Source: Promethearchaeota archaeon
GTDB taxonomy: Archaea; Asgardarchaeota; Lokiarchaeia; Sigyniarchaeales; SOKP01
NCBI GenBank assembly: GCA_016839745.1
Contig: JAEOTS010000015.1
Coordinates: forward strand, 1 to 27,293
Length of the DNA stretch: 27,293 nucleotides
Direction: 5' to 3'
Made by a program: the position numbers and the translations under genes. The notes under the pieces are model-generated. The model saw nothing but the letters and a program-made list of their open reading frames with translations. It was not told the origin of the DNA and ran no database searches. Shown in pieces: positions 9,213 through 17,515 of this stretch; positions within the stretch are counted from its first letter, which is position 1, and every line of letters starts with the position of its first letter.

Positions 9213-10094
9213 TTATAAAGTATTAAATGTACCCCCCCTAAAGCCCCAACTTTTTAGGATATGCTTTGATTCGTCAATGATATTATCGATAAACACTTTT
9301 ATTGGTAAAATTTCTTTTATATGGCCAATTGCCATTGACGCTATTGCCGAATCTTTTAATTCGAGGTGAAATATTTTCCTGTAATACTTATCATCAAATA
9401 CATCTTGATTTAATATCTGTTGTTTCCAATTATTTGAAGCAGGACTTTCAATTGTAGCGATAATTGAACTTCCTAAGCACACTGCATCTGCACCCATAGC
9501 TAATGCTCCCAGAAAGCCCCTAACATCTCCTATACCTCCCGCAGCTATAATCGGTAGATTTAGCAACCTTCGAGCCATTGTAATATTTACAAGTGTTGTA
9601 TTTTGAGTTGGGTTCTTAAAACCTGTACCCTCGAGACCAACAAGTGTAATGGCGTCAGCTCCCATCTTTTGAGCGGCTATTGCGTGTTTCATGGTAACAC
9701 ACTTATGAAACCAATAACAACCTGCATCTTTTATTTTATTTCCTAATTCTGGAGCTTGGTACGCAGAAGTAGTAAATACTTTTACTCCCATATCAATTGC
9801 TAAATTTAAGAAATCATAATAGGAATCTTCAGTTCTTCCCCTCCTCTTTTTTAGGAGATATGGTGGCGTAATAGTGAAATTAACTCCAAAAGGCTTATCC
9901 GTCAATTTCATCATATTTTCAATTTCACTTTGGAAAGATTCAATTTTAGGATGATTAATCGCGGTAATAATTCCTAATCCATCTGCGTTGGAAAAAGCAC
10001 TAGCAAATTCTGCGCTCCCTATTAATGCAAACGCGCCCATTATTAGTGGGTATTTAACCCCAGTCATTTGGGTTATTCTAGTATTCCAAATCAT
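9213..10094 (-). CDS. Nitronate monooxygenase/FabK-family FMN-dependent oxidoreductase
   Basis: TRITQMTGVKYPLIMG, LTDKPFGVN, GLEGTG, PIIAAGGIGDVRGFLGALAMGADAV. Confidence 0.88.
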   Translation of the reverse strand: MIWNTRITQMTGVKYPLIMGAFALIGSAEFASAFSNADGLGIITAINHPKIESFQSEIENMMKLTDKPFGVNFTITPPYLLKKRRGRTEDSYYDFLNLAIDMGVKVFTTSAYQAPELGNKIKDAGCYWFHKCVTMKHAIAAQKMGADAITLVGLEGTGFKNPTQNTTLVNITMARRLLNLPIIAAGGIGDVRGFLGALAMGADAVCLGSSIIATIESPASNNWKQQILNQDVFDDKYYRKIFHLELKDSAIASMAIGHIKEILPIKVFIDNIIDESKHILKSWGFRGGTFNTL

Positions 10095-10262
10095 AGAATT
10101 TTAAACTTTATTTTTAAAAAAAAATTATTTGAAGACAAAAAACAAATTTTTAATTTTTAATTTTTTTACTTTTAATACAATAAATAAAAATTTCTAAAAA
10201 AGATTTTTAATTATTTAAAACACCAATCTAATAGAAATTTGGATATTGAAAACGAGTAATTT

Positions 10263-10652
10263 GTGGTATTAGTGCCGAAGATATTAAAAGATTTTTGGGT
10301 TTTAACAGATAATGGAATTGTTTTATTTTCAAAAGTATATGAACAAAAAGTTGATCCTCAACTATTTGGCGCTTTAATGGGCGCTTTAAACAAATTCGCT
10401 GAAGCGCTTTCTGATGGGGGCATTTCAAGTTTTGAAAAATCCGATCTTCGATTTGTCATAATAAAGCGAAGAAAATTTCTTTTCATTGGTAGTTCTTATA
10501 TCAAAACGAAAGAGAGAAAAATTATTGATGAATTATTGCAAATCTCTGACACTTTTTTTAGAATATATTCAAAAGATCTAATAAATTGGGACAATGATAT
10601 AAGTGTCTTTTCTGGTTTTGGTGATTTTATTGATAAATCCTTAGAGAAATAA
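10263..10652 (+). CDS. Stand-alone longin-domain protein (adaptin-sigma/sedlin-like fold)
   Basis: About 125 aa with the longin pattern: beta-hairpin FWVLTDNGIVLFSKVY, helix QLFGALMGALNKFAE, three strands, then helices ending FFRIY...DISVFSGFGDFID. An alternative GTG start lies at 10272. Confidence 0.75.
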   Translation: MVLVPKILKDFWVLTDNGIVLFSKVYEQKVDPQLFGALMGALNKFAEALSDGGISSFEKSDLRFVIIKRRKFLFIGSSYIKTKERKIIDELLQISDTFFRIYSKDLINWDNDISVFSGFGDFIDKSLEK

Positions 10653-10759
10653 TCGATTTATAATTTTTATTTTGATTGTCAGTATGAACTGTATATTATT
10701 TTAAATAACCGTAAAAAATTTAAGAGTAAATAGATATAAAAAACATGAGAAAAATTTAA

Positions 10760-11113
10760 TTGGTCATTTTTGAAATGAACGATAATAATAAGAAAAAGGA
10801 TAATGAAAAAGAGTTAAGCAAAGTCCGTAATATAAAAGATTACGAAGATATTCTCAACAATAATAAGTTACATTTATTTCCTACCAGTGACTACAATACC
10901 CACTTAAAAACTTTAACAAGTCCTCGATTTCTTGGTTCATACCACATGAAAGAAGAAACAAATCCAAAATACAAAACGTTTAATACGCTAATGAAAGGGG
11001 ATCTCGAGCTAAAGTACTCAAAAGCTCTAAGAAACACATTAATTAACCCTGTAACGATTGCTCTGATAGTTATAGCATTGATATTTAACGTACTATGGTT
11101 TTTTTTCATCTAA
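10760..11113 (+). CDS. Hypothetical tail-anchored membrane protein
   Basis: Soluble charged N-terminus and a single hydrophobic segment at the extreme C-terminus (PVTIALIVIALIFNVLWFFFI). A more likely ATG start lies at 10775. Confidence 0.6.
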   Translation: MVIFEMNDNNKKKDNEKELSKVRNIKDYEDILNNNKLHLFPTSDYNTHLKTLTSPRFLGSYHMKEETNPKYKTFNTLMKGDLELKYSKALRNTLINPVTIALIVIALIFNVLWFFFI

Positions 11114-11270
11114 TTCTGATTTTAAATAAATAGGATATAAATAGTTTTCTTCCTATTAAAGGACATTGTCAATTAGAAAGTATTTATGTTCTAAATAAAT
11201 TTTAAAGAAATAAGTTGTTATACTAGATAAGCAATTTTATTTACTCATTAGAATCGAAGAGGTATTTCTA

Positions 11271-12740
11271 TTGATCTACGATGTTATTATTATAGGTGGT
11301 GGTGTTACTGGTTGTTGTATCGCTCGAACTTTATCAAAATTTGATCTCAATGTTGCTTTGTTAGAAAAAGAGGCTGATATTGCATCAGGTACTACTAAAG
11401 CTAATTCGGGCGTAGTACACGCTGGTTTTGCGTCACCAAGAGAATATGTTAAGCGTGATATGTGCATTAAAGGAAACAAGCTGTATACTCAAGCCGAAGA
11501 GGAACTAAATTTTTCATTTCAAAGAATTGGTTCTTTTGTGGTTGCTTTAGAAGATAATCAAATAAAGAGACTTGAAGAACAGAGAATACAAGGAACTCAG
11601 GATGGAGTTCCTGGCTTGGAACTAATTTTAGATAAGAAAAAAATAAAGCACATGGAACCTAATCTTACAGACGAAGTGGTTGGCGTCCTACACGCACCCA
11701 CAGCAGGAATAGTTAGTCCTTATGGAATGACTTATGCGCTCGCTGAGAATGCTGCTATGAATGGCGTAAAATTCTTCCGAAATCAGAGAGTGAGAAGAAT
11801 TAAACATCAAAACTACACCTTTACAATTAAAACTAAAGAAAAAGAATTTAAAGCCAATAATGTTATTAATGCTGCGGGAGTATACGGAGCGAAGATTTCA
11901 AAAATGGTTGGTTTGGACTATTTTAACATAATGCCAAGAAAGGGAGAATACATTCTTTTTGATAGAAATGCGATGCATCTTAACAAAATTTTATTTCCCA
12001 CACCAACTAAAGTATCTAAAGGCATTTTAGTTTGCCCAACCGTAAGTGGAAATACATTTGTTGGGCCAAACGCTCAAAATATTAGTGATAAAAAGGATAT
12101 AGCAACCACTGAAGCAGGATTAAAGGAAATTTTGGAAGGAGGAAAGAAATTAGTTCCTAATCTACCGTTAAGAGCATCTATTAGGAATTTTGCAGGTTTG
12201 AGGGCAGTACCGGACACATACGATTTCATAATTGACAATACTGATGTCTACGGGTTTATTAATGTAGTTGGTATTTTATCCCCTGGTTTAACGTCGTGTT
12301 ATGCAATTGCTGAGCGGGTTGTTGAGTTCTTAGAATTGTTGGGTGTAAATACAGAAGTTAAAGAAGACTATAATCCAATACGTCCAAAACCGGAAAGGTT
12401 CAAGGATTTTTCTAAAAAAGAGTTGGACATAAAAATAAAAGAAGATCCTGCTTGGGGAAGAATTATTTGTAGATGTGAGACTATTCCAGAAAGAGAAATT
12501 TTGAACGCAATTCATTCTCCCGTCGGAGCAAACACTATGGATGGAATAAAATTTAGATGTCGACCAGGTATGGGTAGATGCCAAGGTGGATTTTGCAGAC
12601 CGAGACTGATCGAAATCCTTTCAAGAGAATTGAATATATCATATGAGGAAGTAGTGAAAATGGGAGAAGATACTAATTTTCTTGTTTCTAAAACTAAGGA
12701 TGTTATCCTTAACAATTTAGGGGAAGGTATTGAAGAATGA
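11271..12740 (+). CDS. glpA: GlpA-like FAD-dependent oxidoreductase (probable glycerol-3-phosphate dehydrogenase) with a C-terminal BFD-like [2Fe-2S] domain
   Basis: GGGVTG FAD motif, TTKANSGVVHAG, PRKGEY, FAGLR, SPGLT, then CRCE...GMGRCQGGFC. TTG start with an upstream GAGGT. Confidence 0.85.
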   Translation: MIYDVIIIGGGVTGCCIARTLSKFDLNVALLEKEADIASGTTKANSGVVHAGFASPREYVKRDMCIKGNKLYTQAEEELNFSFQRIGSFVVALEDNQIKRLEEQRIQGTQDGVPGLELILDKKKIKHMEPNLTDEVVGVLHAPTAGIVSPYGMTYALAENAAMNGVKFFRNQRVRRIKHQNYTFTIKTKEKEFKANNVINAAGVYGAKISKMVGLDYFNIMPRKGEYILFDRNAMHLNKILFPTPTKVSKGILVCPTVSGNTFVGPNAQNISDKKDIATTEAGLKEILEGGKKLVPNLPLRASIRNFAGLRAVPDTYDFIIDNTDVYGFINVVGILSPGLTSCYAIAERVVEFLELLGVNTEVKEDYNPIRPKPERFKDFSKKELDIKIKEDPAWGRIICRCETIPEREILNAIHSPVGANTMDGIKFRCRPGMGRCQGGFCRPRLIEILSRELNISYEEVVKMGEDTNFLVSKTKDVILNNLGEGIEE

Positions 12741-14035
12741 AGAAATACAAAGCTGATGTCGTTGTAATTGGTGCTGGGGCTGGCGGGTTAGCCGCTGCTA
12801 TAGAAGTCAAAAAGGCGAACTTAGACGTACTCATTATTGAAAGGGACAGGGAATTAGGAGGCATAACTTTGCAATGTATTCATAATGGATTTGGGTTAAA
12901 AGAATTTGAAGAAGAATTAACCGGTCCAGAATATGCACAGAGGTTTATTAATCAAGTAATCGATTTAGAAATCCCTTATTTATTAGACTCCATGGTCATT
13001 GAAATTACTAAAGAAAAAAAAGTGTATGCTGTTAATAATAGCGAAGGATTAATCGAAGTGGAAGCAAAATCAATTATATTGGCTATGGGTTGCAGAGAAA
13101 AAACCAGAGGGGCAATAAATATACCCGGTTTCCGTCCTGCGGGCATTTATACTGCAGGACAAGCTCAAAGATTTGTCAATATTGAAGGGTATTTACCGGG
13201 AAATTCTTATGTAATATTAGGGAGCGGAGATATAGGAATGATAATGGCTCGAAGATTAACTTGGGAGGGCTGTAAGGTTAAAGCAGTTGTAGAGATACAA
13301 CCATATGTCAGTGGTTTACTCCGAAACCAAGTCCAGTGTTTAGAAGACTACGATATTCCTTTAATTACAAGCTATACTGTTACGAAAATTCATGGTAGAG
13401 AAAGAGTACAAGGAGTAACAATTTCAAAGGTGGATCGAACTTTTGATAGAATAATAGGATCAGACAAATTTATTGAATGTGACACCTTATTATTATCTGT
13501 TGGTCTAATTCCAGAAAATGAATTAACTTTACAAGCAGGAGCGGAATTATCTAACAATGGCGGTCCGATAGTCGATGAAAATTTAGAAACCACAATCGAA
13601 GGAATATTTGCTTGTGGAAATGTATTACAAGTTCATGATTTAGTGGACATGGTAACTAACGAAGCTAAAAGAACCGGAAAAAATACAGTGGAATATATCA
13701 ATTCGAGATATGGCAAAGAATTAAAGAAGAAAGAAATAATTCAATGTCTTCCAGGGGAGAATGTAAATTATGTAAAACCTGACATTATCAATAAGCAAGA
13801 CATTTCAAAAGAGATTTTCTTTACTTTTAGAGTTAGGTACCCGGATAGAAGGGTTCTTGTACAATTTAAAGACGAAAATAATAATCTAATCTATAATAGA
13901 AAGAAAATATATGTTATCCCTAGTGAGATGGTTGAATTAAATCTAAACTTAGAAGAAGCAAATATAAATCCGGATTGCAAAACGATAACAATAGAAGTAA
14001 TACCTCGACCGGAGGTATTAATTGAGGAGGATTAA
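12737..14035 (+). CDS. FAD/NAD(P)-dependent oxidoreductase (pyridine nucleotide-disulfide family), partner of the GlpA-like subunit
   Basis: GAGAGG, QCIHNGFG, ELTGPEYA, AMGCRE, GSGDIG, GNVLQVHDLVD. It overlaps the upstream gene by 4 bp (ATGA). Confidence 0.88.
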   Translation: MKKYKADVVVIGAGAGGLAAAIEVKKANLDVLIIERDRELGGITLQCIHNGFGLKEFEEELTGPEYAQRFINQVIDLEIPYLLDSMVIEITKEKKVYAVNNSEGLIEVEAKSIILAMGCREKTRGAINIPGFRPAGIYTAGQAQRFVNIEGYLPGNSYVILGSGDIGMIMARRLTWEGCKVKAVVEIQPYVSGLLRNQVQCLEDYDIPLITSYTVTKIHGRERVQGVTISKVDRTFDRIIGSDKFIECDTLLLSVGLIPENELTLQAGAELSNNGGPIVDENLETTIEGIFACGNVLQVHDLVDMVTNEAKRTGKNTVEYINSRYGKELKKKEIIQCLPGENVNYVKPDIINKQDISKEIFFTFRVRYPDRRVLVQFKDENNNLIYNRKKIYVIPSEMVELNLNLEEANINPDCKTITIEVIPRPEVLIEED

Positions 14036-14040
14036 GTTTT

Positions 14041-14050
14041 AGAGGAGGTT
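14041..14050 (+). promoter_or_regulatory. Shine-Dalgarno-like site for the DUF1667 gene
   Basis: AGAGGAGGTT ends 6 nt upstream of the ATG at 14057. Confidence 0.6.
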
Positions 14051-14056
14051 ATAAAA

Positions 14057-14437
14057 ATGAGTGAAAGTAGTGCAAGCGTTGTAAAAGTTATAAGGTGTAT
14101 TGTATGTCCTACTGGCTGTCAGATTCAAGCCATTCAAAAAGGCTCAGATATTGTATTTGAAGGATATACCTGCAAAAGAGGATTAGAATACGCACAACAA
14201 GAATATTTTGAACCCAAGAGAATCCTTACAACTACAATCAGAGTTAAGAATGGATTTTTACCATTGATCCCAGTGAGAACCGATAAACCAATTCTTAAAG
14301 AAAAATTAAGTGACGCATTAAACGAGATTGCCAAAATCCAAGTAAATGCACCAATAAAGATGGGGGAAATATTAATAGAAAGCATTCTCGGATTAGAATC
14401 AAATGTAATTGCTAGCCGAGATTTAACCGAAAAATAA
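14057..14437 (+). CDS. DUF1667 Cys-rich small subunit (third gene of the GlpA-type operon)
   Basis: CIVCPTGC, GYTCKRGLEYA, PKRILTTT, PVRTDKPI, APIKMG, NVIASR. Confidence 0.88.
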   Translation: MSESSASVVKVIRCIVCPTGCQIQAIQKGSDIVFEGYTCKRGLEYAQQEYFEPKRILTTTIRVKNGFLPLIPVRTDKPILKEKLSDALNEIAKIQVNAPIKMGEILIESILGLESNVIASRDLTEK

Positions 14438-14518
14438 ATATTTTAATCTTCTTTTATAATTTAAAGTAAGTATTGTTCACGTTATTTTTTTATACTTATT
14501 ATGAGTTAGGGGAAAATT

Positions 14519-14644
14519 ATGGAAAGTTATGATGTTGTTATAGTCGGAGGATTTATCGCAGGCTTAGTTGCGGGAAGATATCTCGCAGAAGCAGGTAAGA
14601 AACCATTTAGTGGTATTCAATTTGGATCTTACCTGCCTAGTTAG
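14519..14644 (+). pseudogene. Truncated remnant of an FAD-dependent oxidoreductase (geranylgeranyl-reductase-like)
   Basis: This 41-codon ORF is absent from the supplied track: MESYDVVIVGGFIAGLVAGRYLAEAGKKPFSGIQFGSYLPS*. It starts as a Rossmann FAD-binding fold, has a purine-rich AGGGG upstream and then stops. Confidence 0.7.
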
Positions 14645-14697
14645 AATAAATAAATATGATAAAATTGTAAATATTACTTATAAAACCTTTTGAGAAA

Positions 14698-15153
14698 ATG
14701 GTGGAATTGGATCAAATCTATAAGGTGCATGAAAATTTATACATAGGCGCTTATTGGCCAAGGTTAAACTTTGAGGAATTTAAAAAGATTGGCATAAAAG
14801 CTATCGTTAATTTAATGGAAGATAATTTTTATGATCCAACTCACTTAGGATTTAACTACCTTTTCAAGGGTTTTCCAGACGATTGGTACCCTCCACATGA
14901 TTATCTAAAAGAAATTTTTTCCTTCATAGATCATCATATAAAGAAGGGAAAGGTTTTAGTTCATTGTGCTATGGGTATTTCTCGAAGCGGTGGTATTATT
15001 GTAGCATGGCTTTTAAAAGAAAATCCAAATTGGAGCTGGAACGATGCCTTGGAATACGTTAACAAATCGAGGTTAGTATTTCCTGCTGTTGAGATAAAAG
15101 AATCAATTCTCGATTATTTTGAATCCATAGAGGGAATTAGAAGAGAATTTTAA
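14698..15153 (+). CDS. Dual-specificity protein phosphatase (DSP/PTP superfamily)
   Basis: CX5R active site VLVHCAMGISRS, with LYIG, GIKAIVNL and an upstream acidic loop FPDD. Confidence 0.92.
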   Translation: MVELDQIYKVHENLYIGAYWPRLNFEEFKKIGIKAIVNLMEDNFYDPTHLGFNYLFKGFPDDWYPPHDYLKEIFSFIDHHIKKGKVLVHCAMGISRSGGIIVAWLLKENPNWSWNDALEYVNKSRLVFPAVEIKESILDYFESIEGIRREF

Positions 15154-15281
15154 TATGTTATTAATTATTTTTATATCGAACTCGTAACATATCGCCACTA
15201 TTTCTATTTTCCTTTAGCCTAGATTTATATTAACCTTCTAAGATTATTTAACTAATACTTATTTTAAAAAATGAAAGAATA

Positions 15282-15566
15282 ATGTCGACACAACATAAAG
15301 ATGCTAAATCCCACAGAATCCAAATATATTTCGATTGCATTTGCGGTATTATTTGCTCAATATCAGCTCTTATTGGTATTTTATTTTTTACACTACAAGA
15401 GGGAATCTATAACCCTACCTACTTCATAATAGGCCTTTCTTTTTGGATTGGTTATTTTGCATTATCTTTATTTGTAATAGGATTAGGCATAAATACTTAT
15501 TACCGAGAAAAAAATTTTAACCCTGATGCAATTCCGAAAAAAAAGTTAAAAGCATCCATAGTGTAG
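15282..15566 (+). CDS. Small hypothetical membrane protein (2 TM)
   Basis: Two hydrophobic segments and a basic C-terminal tail. Confidence 0.7.
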   Translation: MSTQHKDAKSHRIQIYFDCICGIICSISALIGILFFTLQEGIYNPTYFIIGLSFWIGYFALSLFVIGLGINTYYREKNFNPDAIPKKKLKASIV

Positions 15567-15703
15567 TAATTTCTAATTCTTTACTTTTAACACTCTCTTA
15601 AAGCAATCTGAATTTCTATTTTTTACATAAATTTTTAATATCTCGCTTAGATCATTTAATAAAAATTATATATCAATATTGAAACAAACGAGGAGATATT
15701 AAA

Positions 15704-16039
15704 TTGCCTGAATTTGAGGAAGATGTTTTAAGTCTGCTAAGAAGAATTGACAAAAAACTAGATAAACTTTTAGGAATTAGCAGTTTAAAAGCAGAATCTG
15801 CGAAATCTGCAACTCCAACGGGAGATAGATATGTTAAACCTTCTATAGTTGTTGAAAAACAGGAAGAAGAAGAAAGAGCAAAAGAAAAACCACCTGTTGA
15901 AGGAAGAAGAATCTGCCCAGCTTGTGGTGGAACCTCGTTTAACACTGAGGAAGATAAATCTCAAGTATTATTTCAACAATCTGGGATAAAAATACACGCG
16001 AAAAAATATATCTGCAGAAATTGCGGAACGGAAGCCTAA
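15704..16039 (+). CDS. Small Zn-ribbon protein with an N-terminal amphipathic helix
   Basis: TTG start preceded by GAGGAG. Contains CPACGG...CRNCG. The C-terminal module matches the tail of the gelsolin at 18858..19877. Confidence 0.85.
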   Translation: MPEFEEDVLSLLRRIDKKLDKLLGISSLKAESAKSATPTGDRYVKPSIVVEKQEEEERAKEKPPVEGRRICPACGGTSFNTEEDKSQVLFQQSGIKIHAKKYICRNCGTEA

Positions 16040-16224
16040 AAATTATAACAATTTTCTTTTCTTTTTTAAATTATTACATAATAATGAAAGGAATATTTAT
16101 TTTTATCTTATATAACTCAATTATCTGTTTACTCTCAACACATTAACTCTGTTCTTATTTATTGCTAAGTTGAATTAATAAAATTTAATTAAAATTATGC
16201 TTTTCCTATATCAGTGATGAATTA

Positions 16225-16863
16225 ATGGCAAATGGAGAAATTATTATCCAAATAATGCTTATTACAATCGGAATGGTAGGCTTAAGCGAGCTTCTAAATA
16301 GAATCTTGGGTTTAAACATGGGAGCTGCGAGAGAATTAAGAGAAAAATCACAAAATCTACAAGAACGAATGCGAACAGCAAGACTCACGGGAAATCCTCA
16401 AGAAATGATAGAACTCCAGCAAGAATCAATGGAATTAACTAAACTAATGATGAAAAAGCAAATGATCCCTTCTTGCGTAAGATGTTTTATATTTTTAGGA
16501 ATATTTGCTGTAATTGGATTTTTATACGCGGACTACACAGAAGGATTACTCCCCTTTCCAATTTTATTTTTTGGATCTGGATGGTTCGCTATCTACTTCT
16601 TATTTTCAATCACATTTAGTCTAATCATATATGGCTTCAAAAGATTATACAGGAAGTTAACTGGTAAAGAAGTTAAACGCAGTAGAGCGTCTGGAGGGAT
16701 GCTAGGAGGATTATCTCCTCAAACAGGAGATCAAGAACAACATCTCCAGTTAACTAGGTCAATACCTAATGAATCGATACAAGGGAGAGTCGAGGAAGAC
16801 TTACAAGAAAAAGAAGATGAAGAACCTAAAGTTGGTTCTTGGAAGGATCGTATAAAAAAATGA
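16225..16863 (+). CDS. DUF106 / EMC3-TMCO1-Get1 (Oxa1 superfamily) membrane insertase-like protein
   Basis: TM1, then a Met-rich coiled-coil (ELREKSQNLQERMR...ELQQESMELTKLMMKKQMIP), TM2, LPFP, and TM3 with GWFAIYFLFS. Confidence 0.8.
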   Translation: MANGEIIIQIMLITIGMVGLSELLNRILGLNMGAARELREKSQNLQERMRTARLTGNPQEMIELQQESMELTKLMMKKQMIPSCVRCFIFLGIFAVIGFLYADYTEGLLPFPILFFGSGWFAIYFLFSITFSLIIYGFKRLYRKLTGKEVKRSRASGGMLGGLSPQTGDQEQHLQLTRSIPNESIQGRVEEDLQEKEDEEPKVGSWKDRIKK

Positions 16864-16905
16864 CATAAATCGAGGATTACTCTTAACTGAATTAACTAAT
16901 TTTAA

Positions 16906-17397
16906 ATGATTAGACCTATGGAAGAACAAAATAACATTAAAAAACAAATGTTTTTTTATTTCGTCTTTGCTGCTTGTATGATTGTTTTAAACTATATTAT
17001 ACAAAAAATTAATCAGCTTGTTATAGCTCCTTTTGTATGTAGTACCCTTGGAAGTATTGAATTTTTTCAGATTATGTATTGTTCTACAAGCCCTGTTAAT
17101 ATGCCTGAATTGATAGGTTCAATAGCGGCTGTTGGAATTACTTATATCATTAAGTTCTTTTTAGATAAATATATTGTCTTCAAGAAATCGAGTTTAAAGA
17201 TTAAAGAGACCTCACAGGAGTTTTTGAAGTACTTTGGATTTGCAATTTTAACTACAATTGAAAATATTGGCATCCAATTTCTCTTAACTAATTTTTTTAA
17301 TGCCCCTTTAGAAGTAAGTTTTATAATCGCTCTCTCTATTGGATACCTAACTAAATTCTTTTTAGACAAAAAGTATGTTTTTACGAAAGAATACTAA
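16906..17397 (+). CDS. GtrA-family small membrane protein (putative lipid-linked sugar flippase)
   Basis: Four TMs with an internal duplication, YIIKFFLDKYIVF and YLTKFFLDKKYVF, plus EFLKYFGFA. Confidence 0.72.
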   Translation: MIRPMEEQNNIKKQMFFYFVFAACMIVLNYIIQKINQLVIAPFVCSTLGSIEFFQIMYCSTSPVNMPELIGSIAAVGITYIIKFFLDKYIVFKKSSLKIKETSQEFLKYFGFAILTTIENIGIQFLLTNFFNAPLEVSFIIALSIGYLTKFFLDKKYVFTKEY

Positions 17398-17515
17398 TAA
17401 GAGTGAAAACTAATCCTTTTTTTTTAAAAGATGGAGTTCGTTTAATAAGCAATGTCTAAAACGCGTACAACATAGTTTAGATTAAAATAAATACGATTAT
17501 TGATTTTATAATATT

